Positions 16,769-25,645 of a stretch of DNA of 40,129 nucleotides are shown piece after piece. Source of the stretch: Patescibacteria group bacterium (GTDB lineage: Bacteria; Patescibacteriota; Patescibacteriia; Magasanikbacterales; GWA2-37-8); the NCBI GenBank assembly GCA_004321885.1, contig SCQK01000006.1:1-40129 (forward strand). Reading direction: 5' to 3'. The notes beneath the pieces were generated by a model that was not told the origin of the DNA, did not search any database, and was given only the letters and a program-made list of their open reading frames with translations. Positions within the stretch are counted from its first letter, which is position 1; every line of letters starts with the position of its first letter. Position numbers and translations under genes: made by a program.

Positions 16769-16800
16769 AAAGAACCCCGATTAAATCGGGGTTCTTTTTG
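16769..16800 (-). terminator. rho-independent terminator (bidirectional hairpin) downstream of the AI-2E transporter gene
   Basis: AGAACCCCGA-TTAAA-TCGGGGTTCT followed by TTTTTG. Confidence 0.7.
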
Positions 16801-16812
16801 TCAGTGAAAATT

Positions 16813-17907
16813 TTATCCCTGCTTTTCCAATTCTTTCCGATACTGGTGTTCGTACATCTCCCAGAAAGAAATGAGCAGGGCGGTGATGATGGGGCCGATG
16901 ACAAAACCCGAGATGCCGAAGACAACTAAACCGCCCAGAGTGGAAAACAGTATCAGCAAAGGGTGCATCTGCGTGTCTTTGCCCACCAGAATCGGACGCA
17001 GGATGTTGTCGATGGTGCCGATAATCAGGGCGCCGAAAATGATAATTAAAATGCCCTGCCAGATATTGCCCAGCGCGAACATGATGATAGCCGCCGGCAA
17101 CCAGATGATATAGGAACCCAGGCCCGGGACAATGGAAGTAAGAACCATAATCAGCCCCCAGACTAAAGCCCCTTTAATTCCCACGATAAAAAACAGTATG
17201 GTGCCCAAGGCGCCCTGGATCAGCCCGACCAGCAGGGTGCCTTTGATGGCGGCCCGCGCCGTGGAGGCGAACTTTTGATACAACATCATTTCGTTTTTGT
17301 CGCCGATGGGGGACAGGCGCATCAATTTTTTTAAGAATCGTTCGCCGTCGCGCAAAAAGTAAAACATGGTGTAGAACATGATGATAAACATCACGATGAA
17401 TATCAGCGAATTCTGGGTGAAATTTTTGACCGTATTGAAAATAAAGTCGCCGAATGTTTTGCTCGCTTCCGCCAGTTTGTCTATCCAGAATTGTTCGTCA
17501 AAATTCAGTTTGCTGGCATAGGGGTTGTTTTTTATTTTTTCAAAAATTTGCGAGGCGCTACTTATGATGTGGCCGCGGTTGCTGTCCAGGGTGCCATAGA
17601 GGTCGATGGATTCCTTGATGAGCAAACTGCCGAGCAGGGTAACCGGGATGATAATGATGACCAGGATAAGCAAAAGCGACAGCACCACGCTTAGGTTGGT
17701 GTATTTTATTTTCGCCCGCAATTTTCGGTAGACCGGATAAAAGATGCTGGCGATAATGGCCGCCCAAAAAAGCGGATAGAAAAACACGCGCACGATATAG
17801 AAGAAGTAGAGCGTGATGGCGGCCAGCAGGCCGAAGAAAATGACGTTGCGTACTTTGGTGAAATCCATAGGAATGACAATAATGATATTATAGCAATTTT
17901 TTTTCAT
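16813..17907 (-). CDS. AI-2E family transporter (PerM/YhhT-like, UPF0118)
   Basis: 364 aa; 8 TM helices and the characteristic central and C-terminal membrane topology of AI-2E permeases. Confidence 0.8.
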   Translation of the reverse strand: MKKNCYNIIIVIPMDFTKVRNVIFFGLLAAITLYFFYIVRVFFYPLFWAAIIASIFYPVYRKLRAKIKYTNLSVVLSLLLILVIIIIPVTLLGSLLIKESIDLYGTLDSNRGHIISSASQIFEKIKNNPYASKLNFDEQFWIDKLAEASKTFGDFIFNTVKNFTQNSLIFIVMFIIMFYTMFYFLRDGERFLKKLMRLSPIGDKNEMMLYQKFASTARAAIKGTLLVGLIQGALGTILFFIVGIKGALVWGLIMVLTSIVPGLGSYIIWLPAAIIMFALGNIWQGILIIIFGALIIGTIDNILRPILVGKDTQMHPLLILFSTLGGLVVFGISGFVIGPIITALLISFWEMYEHQYRKELEKQG

Positions 17908-19313
17908 TCCCGCAACAACACATCGCTAATCGTTTGTTTGGAGATAATTTTTAAGGCCCAAACTAAAATAGCGTAAACAGCCGCGCCGATGAGAATGGAA
18001 AGAAAAATGTTAAGCGGCTGAATGGAGAGAACCAAGAGGCCCATCAGGGCGCTGGCAAAAAATATTTTGACCGCGTTTTTTATTTTTGGCCGATAGCCGG
18101 CGTGGCGCGATATCACAATCGTTAGGGCGATGCCGGCGAAGAATTCGGAAAAAATCGTCACTCCGGCCGCGCCCCAAACGCCATAGCGGGGTATAAAAAT
18201 TAAATAGCCGGCGAGCGAAAGCAAAGCGTCTATGATGGTGATTTTCATAAGCTGGCGCTGGCGGCCGAGCGCTATGGCGATACTGCCGGAAACCGAGCCA
18301 TAGCAAATGCCCAGGATGGCGATGGAAAGCAGGCGCAAAACAGGCCCGGCTTGGCTAAACTCTGCGCCGGCGATTAGCCGCATAATGGGCGGGGCCAGGG
18401 CCAGAATGCCGGCCACCATCGGCGTCACGATGACCAAGACTAAGTCAATGCTCATTTGAAATCTTTTCTTGAACTCTTCAAACAGGCCGCGCGACCAGGC
18501 ATAAGCAATCAAGGGCAACATGATGCCCATTGTTAAAAAAATCGCCTGGGCCGCGATGTCCAGCACGCGATAGGCCGCGCCGTAAAATCCCACCTCCACT
18601 TGTCCGGTATAGAGAGGCAAGAGCAGGCGGTCCCCTTGCAGATAAATAGTGTTGAACATGATGGCGACGGCCAGCGGCCAAATTTTCGCGAACAGGGTTT
18701 TAGAGATAGCGCCATCAAAATCAAATTTCACTTTGGGCGCGTTCAGCCAAAGATAGGCGGTGTAAACCACGCTTGAGATTGTAATCACAAGCATCATCGG
18801 CAAAAAACCGGCGTGCGCGCGAAACAGCAGAAACAGACCGATTACCAAAACCAGCCGCCCGATTACTTCGCCCAACGCCTGTATTTTTATTTTTAATTGG
18901 TTTTGGCACCAGCCGATAAAAATGTTATTTAAGGAAACGCAGATAAATGACAGGGCCATCACGAGTACGGCCAATTTAATTTCCCAGGGATAGGGAAAGA
19001 AAAAAATCAAAAAAGGCGACAGCCCCTGTAAGACAAGCGCCGTGGCAAAGCGCCAGCTAAACAGCACATTGAGCAGTTTGTTTTTGTCGTACGTCGGCTC
19101 GGCCAGCATGCTGGCCGTGGTAACGGTAAAGCCGAAATCGCACAAGATGCCGATGAATTGCAAAAAGCCGGCGGCTGTAACATACCAGCCGAATTTTTCG
19201 GCGCCCAGGGCCCGGCCCAAAATCGCCACAGCCAAAAGACCCAATAAAACACTGACTGCTTTGCCGGTTAGCTGGATGGTCGTATTTTGCGCGATTTGAC
19301 GGGTGAGGGACAT
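17904..19313 (-). CDS. MOP-superfamily oligosaccharide flippase (Wzx/MurJ-like polysaccharide biosynthesis protein)
   Basis: 469 aa; ~14 TM helices; N-terminal QNTTIQLTGKAVSVLLGLLAVAILGRALGAEKFGWY typical of polysaccharide-biosynthesis flippases; 4-nt overlap with the AI-2E gene. Confidence 0.8.
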   Translation of the reverse strand: MSLTRQIAQNTTIQLTGKAVSVLLGLLAVAILGRALGAEKFGWYVTAAGFLQFIGILCDFGFTVTTASMLAEPTYDKNKLLNVLFSWRFATALVLQGLSPFLIFFFPYPWEIKLAVLVMALSFICVSLNNIFIGWCQNQLKIKIQALGEVIGRLVLVIGLFLLFRAHAGFLPMMLVITISSVVYTAYLWLNAPKVKFDFDGAISKTLFAKIWPLAVAIMFNTIYLQGDRLLLPLYTGQVEVGFYGAAYRVLDIAAQAIFLTMGIMLPLIAYAWSRGLFEEFKKRFQMSIDLVLVIVTPMVAGILALAPPIMRLIAGAEFSQAGPVLRLLSIAILGICYGSVSGSIAIALGRQRQLMKITIIDALLSLAGYLIFIPRYGVWGAAGVTIFSEFFAGIALTIVISRHAGYRPKIKNAVKIFFASALMGLLVLSIQPLNIFLSILIGAAVYAILVWALKIISKQTISDVLLRE

Positions 19314-19385
19314 AGTGACTTCTTTGATTCTGATGGTGTATTAAAGTATAGCATACTTTGCCCCTGTAAAAAATTTGGCGCCTGT

Positions 19386-19394
19386 GGTATATTG
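19386..19394 (+). promoter_or_regulatory. extended -10 promoter (TGgTATATT) for the SpoIID-like gene
   Basis: TGn + TATATT, 20 nt upstream of the ATG at 19415; region divergent from the flippase gene. Confidence 0.4.
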
Positions 19395-19414
19395 AGAAGG
19401 CGACTTTTGCTTCT

Positions 19415-21259
19415 ATGTTGAAATTAAAAATTTTCTTCCTGCCGTTTTTGGCCATAATATTTTTTGGCGGCGCGGGCGCTGCGCGGGCTTTGGATTTTAC
19501 GCCGCCGCCTTTTCGCGACCCCTCGTATGGCGCTAAATACGTTGGCCAGTCCGCGGCCGACCCCATAGCAATGAACGCGGGCGAGAGCAAGACAGTGACA
19601 GTTAAATTCAAAAATACGGGCCAGACGGCCTGGCCGGCCTCGGGGAAAAATTATGTTTCCGTTTACACGATTGCTCCGAATTACCGGCCCAGCCTGTTCA
19701 CGGGGCAAGGCTGGCCGGCGGAAAGTCAGGCCGCGAAAGTTACGGCCGCGGTTTCATCCGGCAAAATCGGAGAATTCAAAATCAAATTAACCGCGCCCAA
19801 AACAGCGGGCGAATACATCGAACGTTTTAATTTAGCCGCCGAAAACAAAACTTGGATAAAAGGCGGTTACTTTTACCTTAAGGTAAAAGTAACCGCGAAC
19901 GCGCGCGCGAGCGGCAACTCGGCTCGGGTGGATGACGAAGCCGCACAAATTAACAAAGAATACCGGGCGCATTTACTTACGTTTTCCGCGCGGAGCGTGC
20001 AGGCCAAGGGCGGCGAGCCCATTTTTTTTAAGGTGCGTTATATCAACGACGGCACAGCCGCCTGGAAAAATTATTTATGGCAGGAGGCAGGTTCGAGCGC
20101 CGGCAAAATAGCCGTAGCATCCGCGGCCGGCGGCAGAGTTGCCATAGCCGATACGAGCTGGCTGTCTGCCGCCAAAATTAAAACCGAAGAAAAAACTGTC
20201 GCCCCGAACGAGCCGCTTGATATTGAATATAGTTTTAGAGCGCCGGTAAAAATCGGTGAATACGCGGCCCGATTCCAGCTGACGGCCAACAATCACACCT
20301 TGGACGGGGGGACTTTGGAATTGCCCGTAACAGTCACGGCCGACGCGCCGGTTGACTACCAGGAGCCGGTGTTTACGAGTACCCGCCGGCTTATCAGCGA
20401 GCCCAATATTCGCGTGGGCCTGTATAAAGCGGATAAAGAAGTGAAATTTTTATCGGATTTTCCTTATCAGGTTTACAGCGGCGAGGTTTTAATGGGCACG
20501 CTTTTCGCCCAGGCGCCGGCCACGCTTTCTTATGCCGGCGGCGCATACACATTCGCCAGCGCTGATTTGAATTTCAGCGCCAGCCAGCCCGTTCGCTTTG
20601 TGCCCGATGACATAAAATACTATTTTACTTTGGTAAATTACGACCGTCGCGCGGCCTGGAAGGGCAATAAAAATTTCAACGTGTATCGCGGGGCCATGGA
20701 ATTCAAGTATTCCCCCAAAAGCGACGCGCCGTTTGTGATAAACGAATTGCCCTTGGATTTGTACGTGGCCGGCATTGCCGAAACCTCCAATGGCGCGGCC
20801 ATGGAATACATCAAGGCCCTGCTGGTTGCCGCGCGCACCTATGCCTATTATCAAATCAACAATGGCGTGCCGGCGGATAAGCGCACTTACGACGTGGTGG
20901 CCACCACCGCCGACCAGCTTTATTTGGGGTACAATTCCGAGGCGTTGATGCCGCGCGTGGTGCAGGCGGCTCAGGCCACTTACGGCGAGATGGTCACCTA
21001 CAACGCCGCGCCGGTGATTACGCCGTATTTTGGCCATAGCGACGGCCGCACCCGCGCCTGGACAGAAGTGTGGGGCGGCAGCGCCAAGCCATGGCTGGTC
21101 GGCGTGGAAGCGAAATATGACGCCGGGCAAAAAATGTGGGGGCATGGCGTGGGCATGAGCGCCCAAGACGCCTCTCAACGCGCCGACAAAGACGGCTGGA
21201 CCTACGACCAGATTTTGCAATATTATTACACCGGCACGGAAACGGAAAAAATTTATTGA
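19415..21259 (+). CDS. SpoIID/LytB-domain protein with N-terminal signal peptide and tandem Ig-like repeats
   Basis: 614 aa; C-terminal ALLVAARTYAYYQ ... YDVVATTADQLYLGYNSE ... PVITPYFGHSDGRTRAW is the SpoIID/LytB amidase-enhancer domain; the N-terminal ~330 aa contain 3-4 repeats of a ~100-aa module (GESKTVTVKFKNTGQTAW..., GEPIFFKVRYINDGTAAW..., IGEYAARFQLTANNHT). Confidence 0.8.
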   Translation: MLKLKIFFLPFLAIIFFGGAGAARALDFTPPPFRDPSYGAKYVGQSAADPIAMNAGESKTVTVKFKNTGQTAWPASGKNYVSVYTIAPNYRPSLFTGQGWPAESQAAKVTAAVSSGKIGEFKIKLTAPKTAGEYIERFNLAAENKTWIKGGYFYLKVKVTANARASGNSARVDDEAAQINKEYRAHLLTFSARSVQAKGGEPIFFKVRYINDGTAAWKNYLWQEAGSSAGKIAVASAAGGRVAIADTSWLSAAKIKTEEKTVAPNEPLDIEYSFRAPVKIGEYAARFQLTANNHTLDGGTLELPVTVTADAPVDYQEPVFTSTRRLISEPNIRVGLYKADKEVKFLSDFPYQVYSGEVLMGTLFAQAPATLSYAGGAYTFASADLNFSASQPVRFVPDDIKYYFTLVNYDRRAAWKGNKNFNVYRGAMEFKYSPKSDAPFVINELPLDLYVAGIAETSNGAAMEYIKALLVAARTYAYYQINNGVPADKRTYDVVATTADQLYLGYNSEALMPRVVQAAQATYGEMVTYNAAPVITPYFGHSDGRTRAWTEVWGGSAKPWLVGVEAKYDAGQKMWGHGVGMSAQDASQRADKDGWTYDQILQYYYTGTETEKIY

Positions 21260-21264
21260 ATATT

Positions 21265-22314
21265 ATGGTACCGGAAAAGAAACCAATCAACGTGGCTGTC
21301 TGCGAAACAATGTTACAGTTTTTGCGCGATAATGGTCATGATATAAAACCCCTTTTCGCGCGCCTGCCTTACTCGGAAGAATATTTTAAGGGCGGCGGAC
21401 GTTGGGTGGAAGAGTGGGTGGTAAATACCGTGGCTGATTATATTCGCGGTCTTTACGGCTCTTATGAGATTTTGGAAAAAATGAGCGAAGACGCGTTTCG
21501 TCGCCGGCAATTCGGCTTTTTAAGCGCCATTCTTACTTTTTTGTTCAGCCCCCAGCGCGTGGCCAGCATTCTTATGAAAATAATTGACAGATTTTTGGAC
21601 AAAACCGCCGAACAGAAAAAGATTGAATATGGCGATGGCTATTTTAGATGGGTGTTGGCCAGAAAAAAAGAATACGGCCCGGCTCCGAGCGGCGCGCAGA
21701 TTTTTGCGGGCAAGGGCAATGTCAAAGGCCTGATCACGCATTTTGGCTGCGCCGATGTAAAAATAAAACTTAGCCGTTGTTACGTGTCTATAGATAAAAT
21801 GGGGCCGCTCGGGGGTAAAAAATATCGGATATTAGAGAATGGCGATGTTGAGTCCGTTGAGTTGTTAAGCAATGTTAAAAAGATAGTTGGGCATTTGGAC
21901 AAAGATGGCGCATTTTTTTTGGCTGGCACCCTATACGGCGCCAAGGACGCGGAGGTGGAAGTAACCTGGAAACCGTTGCGGCGGATGGAGAGTCTGCGGT
22001 TGTACGTCGGCGGCCTAAGGCTGGTGGGGTCAGTCAATAAAATAAACAGAAAGCGCAAGGCGGAATTAAAAAAGAAGCTGGCCGCCACGAAAGACATCCG
22101 GGAAAAATTAAAATGGGAAAAAAATTGGATTTCGGCTTTGCGACGCAAGCTGGAACAAAATGTCCTGGCGATAAATGATAGAATGAAAGGGAAGCAAGTC
22201 AATTTATATCAAAAATACGTCGAATTGAAAGAGTGGGAAGAAAAGGGTTTGGAACAGGAGAAAATGGTCATCCAACTTAAAGCTGAAATAGAAAAAACAA
22301 AACAATGCCTATGA
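21265..22314 (+). CDS. hypothetical protein with a C-terminal coiled coil
   Basis: ORF 21136..22314; the ATG at 21265 immediately follows the SpoIID stop (21259); the upstream 43 codons overlap SpoIID and are Arg-rich antisense-like; ~80 C-terminal residues are heptad-rich (KRKAELKKKLAATKDIREKLKWEKNW...). Confidence 0.55.
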   Translation: MVPEKKPINVAVCETMLQFLRDNGHDIKPLFARLPYSEEYFKGGGRWVEEWVVNTVADYIRGLYGSYEILEKMSEDAFRRRQFGFLSAILTFLFSPQRVASILMKIIDRFLDKTAEQKKIEYGDGYFRWVLARKKEYGPAPSGAQIFAGKGNVKGLITHFGCADVKIKLSRCYVSIDKMGPLGGKKYRILENGDVESVELLSNVKKIVGHLDKDGAFFLAGTLYGAKDAEVEVTWKPLRRMESLRLYVGGLRLVGSVNKINRKRKAELKKKLAATKDIREKLKWEKNWISALRRKLEQNVLAINDRMKGKQVNLYQKYVELKEWEEKGLEQEKMVIQLKAEIEKTKQCL

Positions 22315-22670
22315 AAACAACGGACGTTTTTAGAGAAAAATTGCGCCTGCGCCCCAATCCTTTCATTACATCTTTTATGGTGAACAAGATGGAAGAGGCG
22401 CAAAGCGAAAATGAAAAATTGGCCGAGGCGGTGGCGGCTGAAGAAAAAGTCAACGCTGATTTGCGCGCGGCCATCGCCGAGGCGGAAAAACTGAATGAAA
22501 AGTTGGAAGAGCAAGAACGGCTGTTGCGCGCCGGCGAACAGCAGATTGAGTCCGATCTCAATCAAAATATAGAGTGGCTCTCCAAATTCAAAGAGATAAC
22601 CAAAGAAAGAAGCAAGCGCATAGCGGAATTGGAGGTCGAGCTGGCCGGTTTGCGCGGGAAAAAAGTATGA
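22305..22670 (+). CDS. hypothetical coiled-coil protein
   Basis: 121 aa, almost entirely heptad/charged (EKLAEAVAAEEKVNADLRAAIAEAEKLNEKLEEQERLLRAGEQQIE); overlaps the upstream gene by 10 nt and the downstream gene by 4 nt. Confidence 0.5.
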   Translation: MPMKTTDVFREKLRLRPNPFITSFMVNKMEEAQSENEKLAEAVAAEEKVNADLRAAIAEAEKLNEKLEEQERLLRAGEQQIESDLNQNIEWLSKFKEITKERSKRIAELEVELAGLRGKKV

Positions 22671-23584
22671 ATTTTACGCGGAGTTTGTTTACGGTTGCGA
22701 TTTTGGGCGCCGTGGCGCTCGGTTTTATTTGGCCGGCTTCTGGTTTGTGGGCCGGGCCGTTTCTTTCGTATATCTTGATGGCCATGATGTTTTTCAGTTG
22801 TTTGAATATTAATTTGTCGGATTTAAAAAAAACGAGGCAAATGTGGTGGCGTTATTTTTTTATTCTGATTTTTATTTTTGTCTTGCCGGCCGCGGTCGCT
22901 TTTCTTTTTAGAAATTTGATGGACAGCCAGATTTACGCCGGTTTGATTTTGGCCGCGGCCGTGCCTTCGGCTGTTTCCGTGGTGGCCTTGTCGCATATTT
23001 TGGGGGGTCAGCCCGACAAGGCGCTGGTGGCCACCACGTTGGCGCATTTATTGTCCCCGCTCGCCACCCCGCTGGTGGTTTTGCTTTTTGCCGGGCAAGC
23101 GGCGGCGATAAATTTTGGCAGCATTTTTTGGCTGATTGCCAAACTGATTTTTATTCCCTTGGCCGCGGCGCAGTTTGTTCGTTTTTTGGGGTGGCATAAA
23201 AAAATGCGGGCCTATTCGGCGCCGCTAAATGTTTTGTTGCTGATTATTATAGTTCTGGGCATTATCGCGCCGGCCTCGGGATTGGCGCGCGCGCATTTTT
23301 GGGAGTTGTTTTTGGTGGGCGGAATCGTCTGCGTAATTTTATTTTTAGAAGTCGTCGTCTCTATTTGGTTTGGCCGCACCAAGAAAGAAGATATTACCTG
23401 GGCCGTGGTGGACACCTATAAAAATTTTACCCTGTCTTCGGTGGTGGCTTTGCAGGCTTTCGGCCCGCTCGCCGTGCTGGGCTCGGTGGCTTATAGCGTG
23501 CTGGATAATTTTCTTATCGCGGGCTTGCAGTGGTGGGCGCGGCGGAAGCGTGGAACTTTCGGTCTTCGGCGGCCAAAAGGATAA
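22667..23584 (+). CDS. polytopic membrane transporter, probably BASS/SBF-like (bile acid:Na+ symporter superfamily)
   Basis: ORF 22574..23584; the ATG at 22667 (MNFTRSLFTVAILG...) gives ~305 aa with ~9-10 TM helices and the two-repeat hydrophobic pattern of the BASS/AEC families; assignment is tentative. Confidence 0.5.
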   Translation: MNFTRSLFTVAILGAVALGFIWPASGLWAGPFLSYILMAMMFFSCLNINLSDLKKTRQMWWRYFFILIFIFVLPAAVAFLFRNLMDSQIYAGLILAAAVPSAVSVVALSHILGGQPDKALVATTLAHLLSPLATPLVVLLFAGQAAAINFGSIFWLIAKLIFIPLAAAQFVRFLGWHKKMRAYSAPLNVLLLIIIVLGIIAPASGLARAHFWELFLVGGIVCVILFLEVVVSIWFGRTKKEDITWAVVDTYKNFTLSSVVALQAFGPLAVLGSVAYSVLDNFLIAGLQWWARRKRGTFGLRRPKG

Positions 23585-24077
23585 GCTGTTCGCGCAGTTT
23601 GTGCGGGCGCGGGGCGTTGTAGATGATAAATTTTGGCACCGGGCCGGCTGTTTGCAGTATCACGTTGCCGTAATTAAAAATAGAAGCAAGCATGCCATGC
23701 ACTTCGGAGGTGATGTCTTGGATTTGATACAGGTCAACCTCGGAAATGGTGCGCGCGAACAGCGATATTTGCCTGATGTCCACCAGCCGGTCATTGGTAA
23801 TAATCCACATATCCAGATAAAAGGCCACGAAATGCGAGTAAAAAAAGAGGCAGACTGAAAGCAGATAGACGCTGGCGGCCAGGATGGCGACCGTGGTTGC
23901 CGTCGGGGAAGCGAGTAGGTTGGGAAAGAGCGCGCCCATGAGCCAGTAGATTCCGGCTGGCACAGCCAAAAGCACGATAAACCAAAACACGTAGGGCACG
24001 AAAGTAATGGGGTGGCGTCTGACAGTGGCCTTTACTTGTTCGTAGGGTTTTTGATGGATGATGTTGAGGAGGGGCAT
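23514..24077 (-). CDS. bacterial PH-domain (bPH_2/YdbS-YdbT-like, DUF304) membrane protein
   Basis: 187 aa; two N-terminal TM helices followed by the conserved W..TNDRLVDIRQ ... block of membrane-flanked PH domains; the 3' end converges into the previous gene. Confidence 0.6.
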   Translation of the reverse strand: MPLLNIIHQKPYEQVKATVRRHPITFVPYVFWFIVLLAVPAGIYWLMGALFPNLLASPTATTVAILAASVYLLSVCLFFYSHFVAFYLDMWIITNDRLVDIRQISLFARTISEVDLYQIQDITSEVHGMLASIFNYGNVILQTAGPVPKFIIYNAPRPHKLREQLILLAAEDRKFHASAAPTTASPR

Positions 24078-24081
24078 AAAA

Positions 24082-24351
24082 TTAAAATGAATTAAAAGGA
24101 AGGATGGAAGAAATCCAGTCGGTATTCCAAATTGTTATCGGAGTTTGCCAGTAAACGCCCTGCAAAAAATACCAGGCGCCGTAAAAGATAAGCGCGCACA
24201 GGGCGCCTACGATGAAAGTAACGAGAAAGCTGGCCAGGGTAAGCGAGCCGGTACTCGTGATGTGGGCGACGTTAATGAGAGAGAAAATGAAAAAGATTAT
24301 CAGAAAAATAAAATAGAGGATGAGAAATGAGTACAAAGGTATGGTGAGCAT
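24082..24351 (-). CDS. small hypothetical membrane protein (3 TM)
   Basis: 89 aa, strongly hydrophobic, 5-nt spacing to the PH-domain gene, 37 nt downstream of ruvB. Confidence 0.45.
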   Translation of the reverse strand: MLTIPLYSFLILYFIFLIIFFIFSLINVAHITSTGSLTLASFLVTFIVGALCALIFYGAWYFLQGVYWQTPITIWNTDWISSILPFNSF

Positions 24352-24388
24352 AAAATGTCATTCCCCCGACTTAGTCGGGGGAATCCAG

Positions 24389-25414
24389 TTATAATAAATT
24401 TTGTGTTTTTGGCGCGTCGTGCCTCAGATGTCTGTAGGCCGCGGCGGTGGCTTTGCGGCCGCGCGGGGTGCGTTCCAAAAAGCCGATTTGCAAAAGGAAC
24501 GGTTCGCAGATGGTTTCAATGGTGTCCATTTCTTCGCTGATGGCCGCGGCCAGGGTGTTTAGCCCGGTGGGGCCGCCGCTGAATTTTTCTATCAAAGCGC
24601 CGAGCAGGCGGCGGTCAATGTCATCCAGTCCGTATTCGTCCACGGCCAGCATATCCAGCGCGGCCGAGGCGGTTTTTTCGTTCACGCCCTCTTCGTCTTT
24701 TACCTGCGCGAAGTCGCGGATGCGGCGCAAGAGCCGGTTGGCGATGCGCGGGGTGCGGCGGCTGCGTTTGGCGATGACCGAGGCGGCTTCGGGCTCAAGC
24801 CGGACTCCCAAGATGGTGGCGTTGCGGCGCAGAATTTTTTCCACGTCTTCGTGTTCGTAAAAATTGAGGTGAAAAGTGTGGCCAAAGCGGTCGCGCAGAG
24901 GAGCCGAGAGCATGCTCATTTTGGTGGTGGCGCCGATGAGGGTGAAGCGAGCCAATGGCATGCGGATACTGCGGGCGGTCGGTCCTTTGCCGATGATAAT
25001 ATCCAAAACATAATCCTCCAAAGCCGGGTAAAGCACTTCTTCTATGCTTTTGTTGAGTCGGTGAATTTCATCAATAAACAGCACGTCGCCCTCTTGCAGA
25101 TTGGAAAGTATGGCGGCCAGGTCGCCCACCTTTTCCATGGCCGGTCCGGACGTTATTTTTATGCTGTTGTTCATTTCATGGGCGATAATATGCGCCAGGG
25201 TGGTTTTGCCCAAACCCGGGTTGCCGTAAAGCAAAACATGTTCCAGATTTTCGCCGCGCTGTTTGGCTGCCTGCATGGAAATGCCGAGGTTTTGTTTGAT
25301 CTGTTCCTGGCCCACAAAATCGGCCAATTGCTTTGGGCGCAGGGTAATATCAAAAATCACGTCGTCTTGCTCGACTTGGGGTTCTATGACTCTGGGTTCG
25401 GCTTCGGTGTCCAT
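24389..25414 (-). CDS. ruvB: Holliday junction branch migration helicase RuvB
   Basis: 341 aa; Walker [12 protein letters not shown], Walker B DEIHRL, sensor/arginine finger and C-terminal winged helix; SD from element A7. Confidence 0.9.
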   Translation of the reverse strand: MDTEAEPRVIEPQVEQDDVIFDITLRPKQLADFVGQEQIKQNLGISMQAAKQRGENLEHVLLYGNPGLGKTTLAHIIAHEMNNSIKITSGPAMEKVGDLAAILSNLQEGDVLFIDEIHRLNKSIEEVLYPALEDYVLDIIIGKGPTARSIRMPLARFTLIGATTKMSMLSAPLRDRFGHTFHLNFYEHEDVEKILRRNATILGVRLEPEAASVIAKRSRRTPRIANRLLRRIRDFAQVKDEEGVNEKTASAALDMLAVDEYGLDDIDRRLLGALIEKFSGGPTGLNTLAAAISEEMDTIETICEPFLLQIGFLERTPRGRKATAAAYRHLRHDAPKTQNLL

Positions 25415-25425
25415 AATTGCGTTTT

Positions 25426-25460
25426 CTCTCCCCTTGATAAGGGGAGAGCGAGAGAGGGGT
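25426..25460. repeat. palindromic element A, copy A7 (upstream of ruvB)
   Basis: CTCTCCCCTTGATAAGGGGAGAG + CGAGAGAGGGGT. Confidence 0.7.
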
Positions 25461-25487
25461 AAAAACTACTATCATTATATCCCATAC

Positions 25488-25516
25488 TTGACAATATCGC
25501 AAAAATGTGCTATTAT
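25488..25516 (+). promoter_or_regulatory. consensus sigma70 promoter (TTGACA-17-TATTAT) for the 25646 gene
   Basis: TTGACA at 25488-25493, 17-nt spacer, TATTAT at 25511-25516. Confidence 0.55.
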
Positions 25517-25645
25517 AGGCCGTTCTTTTTATAATAATCCTAGTTTTCTTTTAGCCTACTTTAGCCAAAGTAGATGAAAAGAAGGCTGGAATAGTAAGTA
25601 CCATTCTCGGCGAGTTTTGGCGAAACCCCCAGAAAGGAGACCGTC

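Noticed and set aside
24851-25462. 203-aa plus-strand ORF opposite ruvB
   Set aside because: ruvB on the minus strand carries Walker A/B and sensor motifs. The plus-strand ORF ends in the element A7 peptide [10 protein letters not shown] and is an artefact of the repeat.
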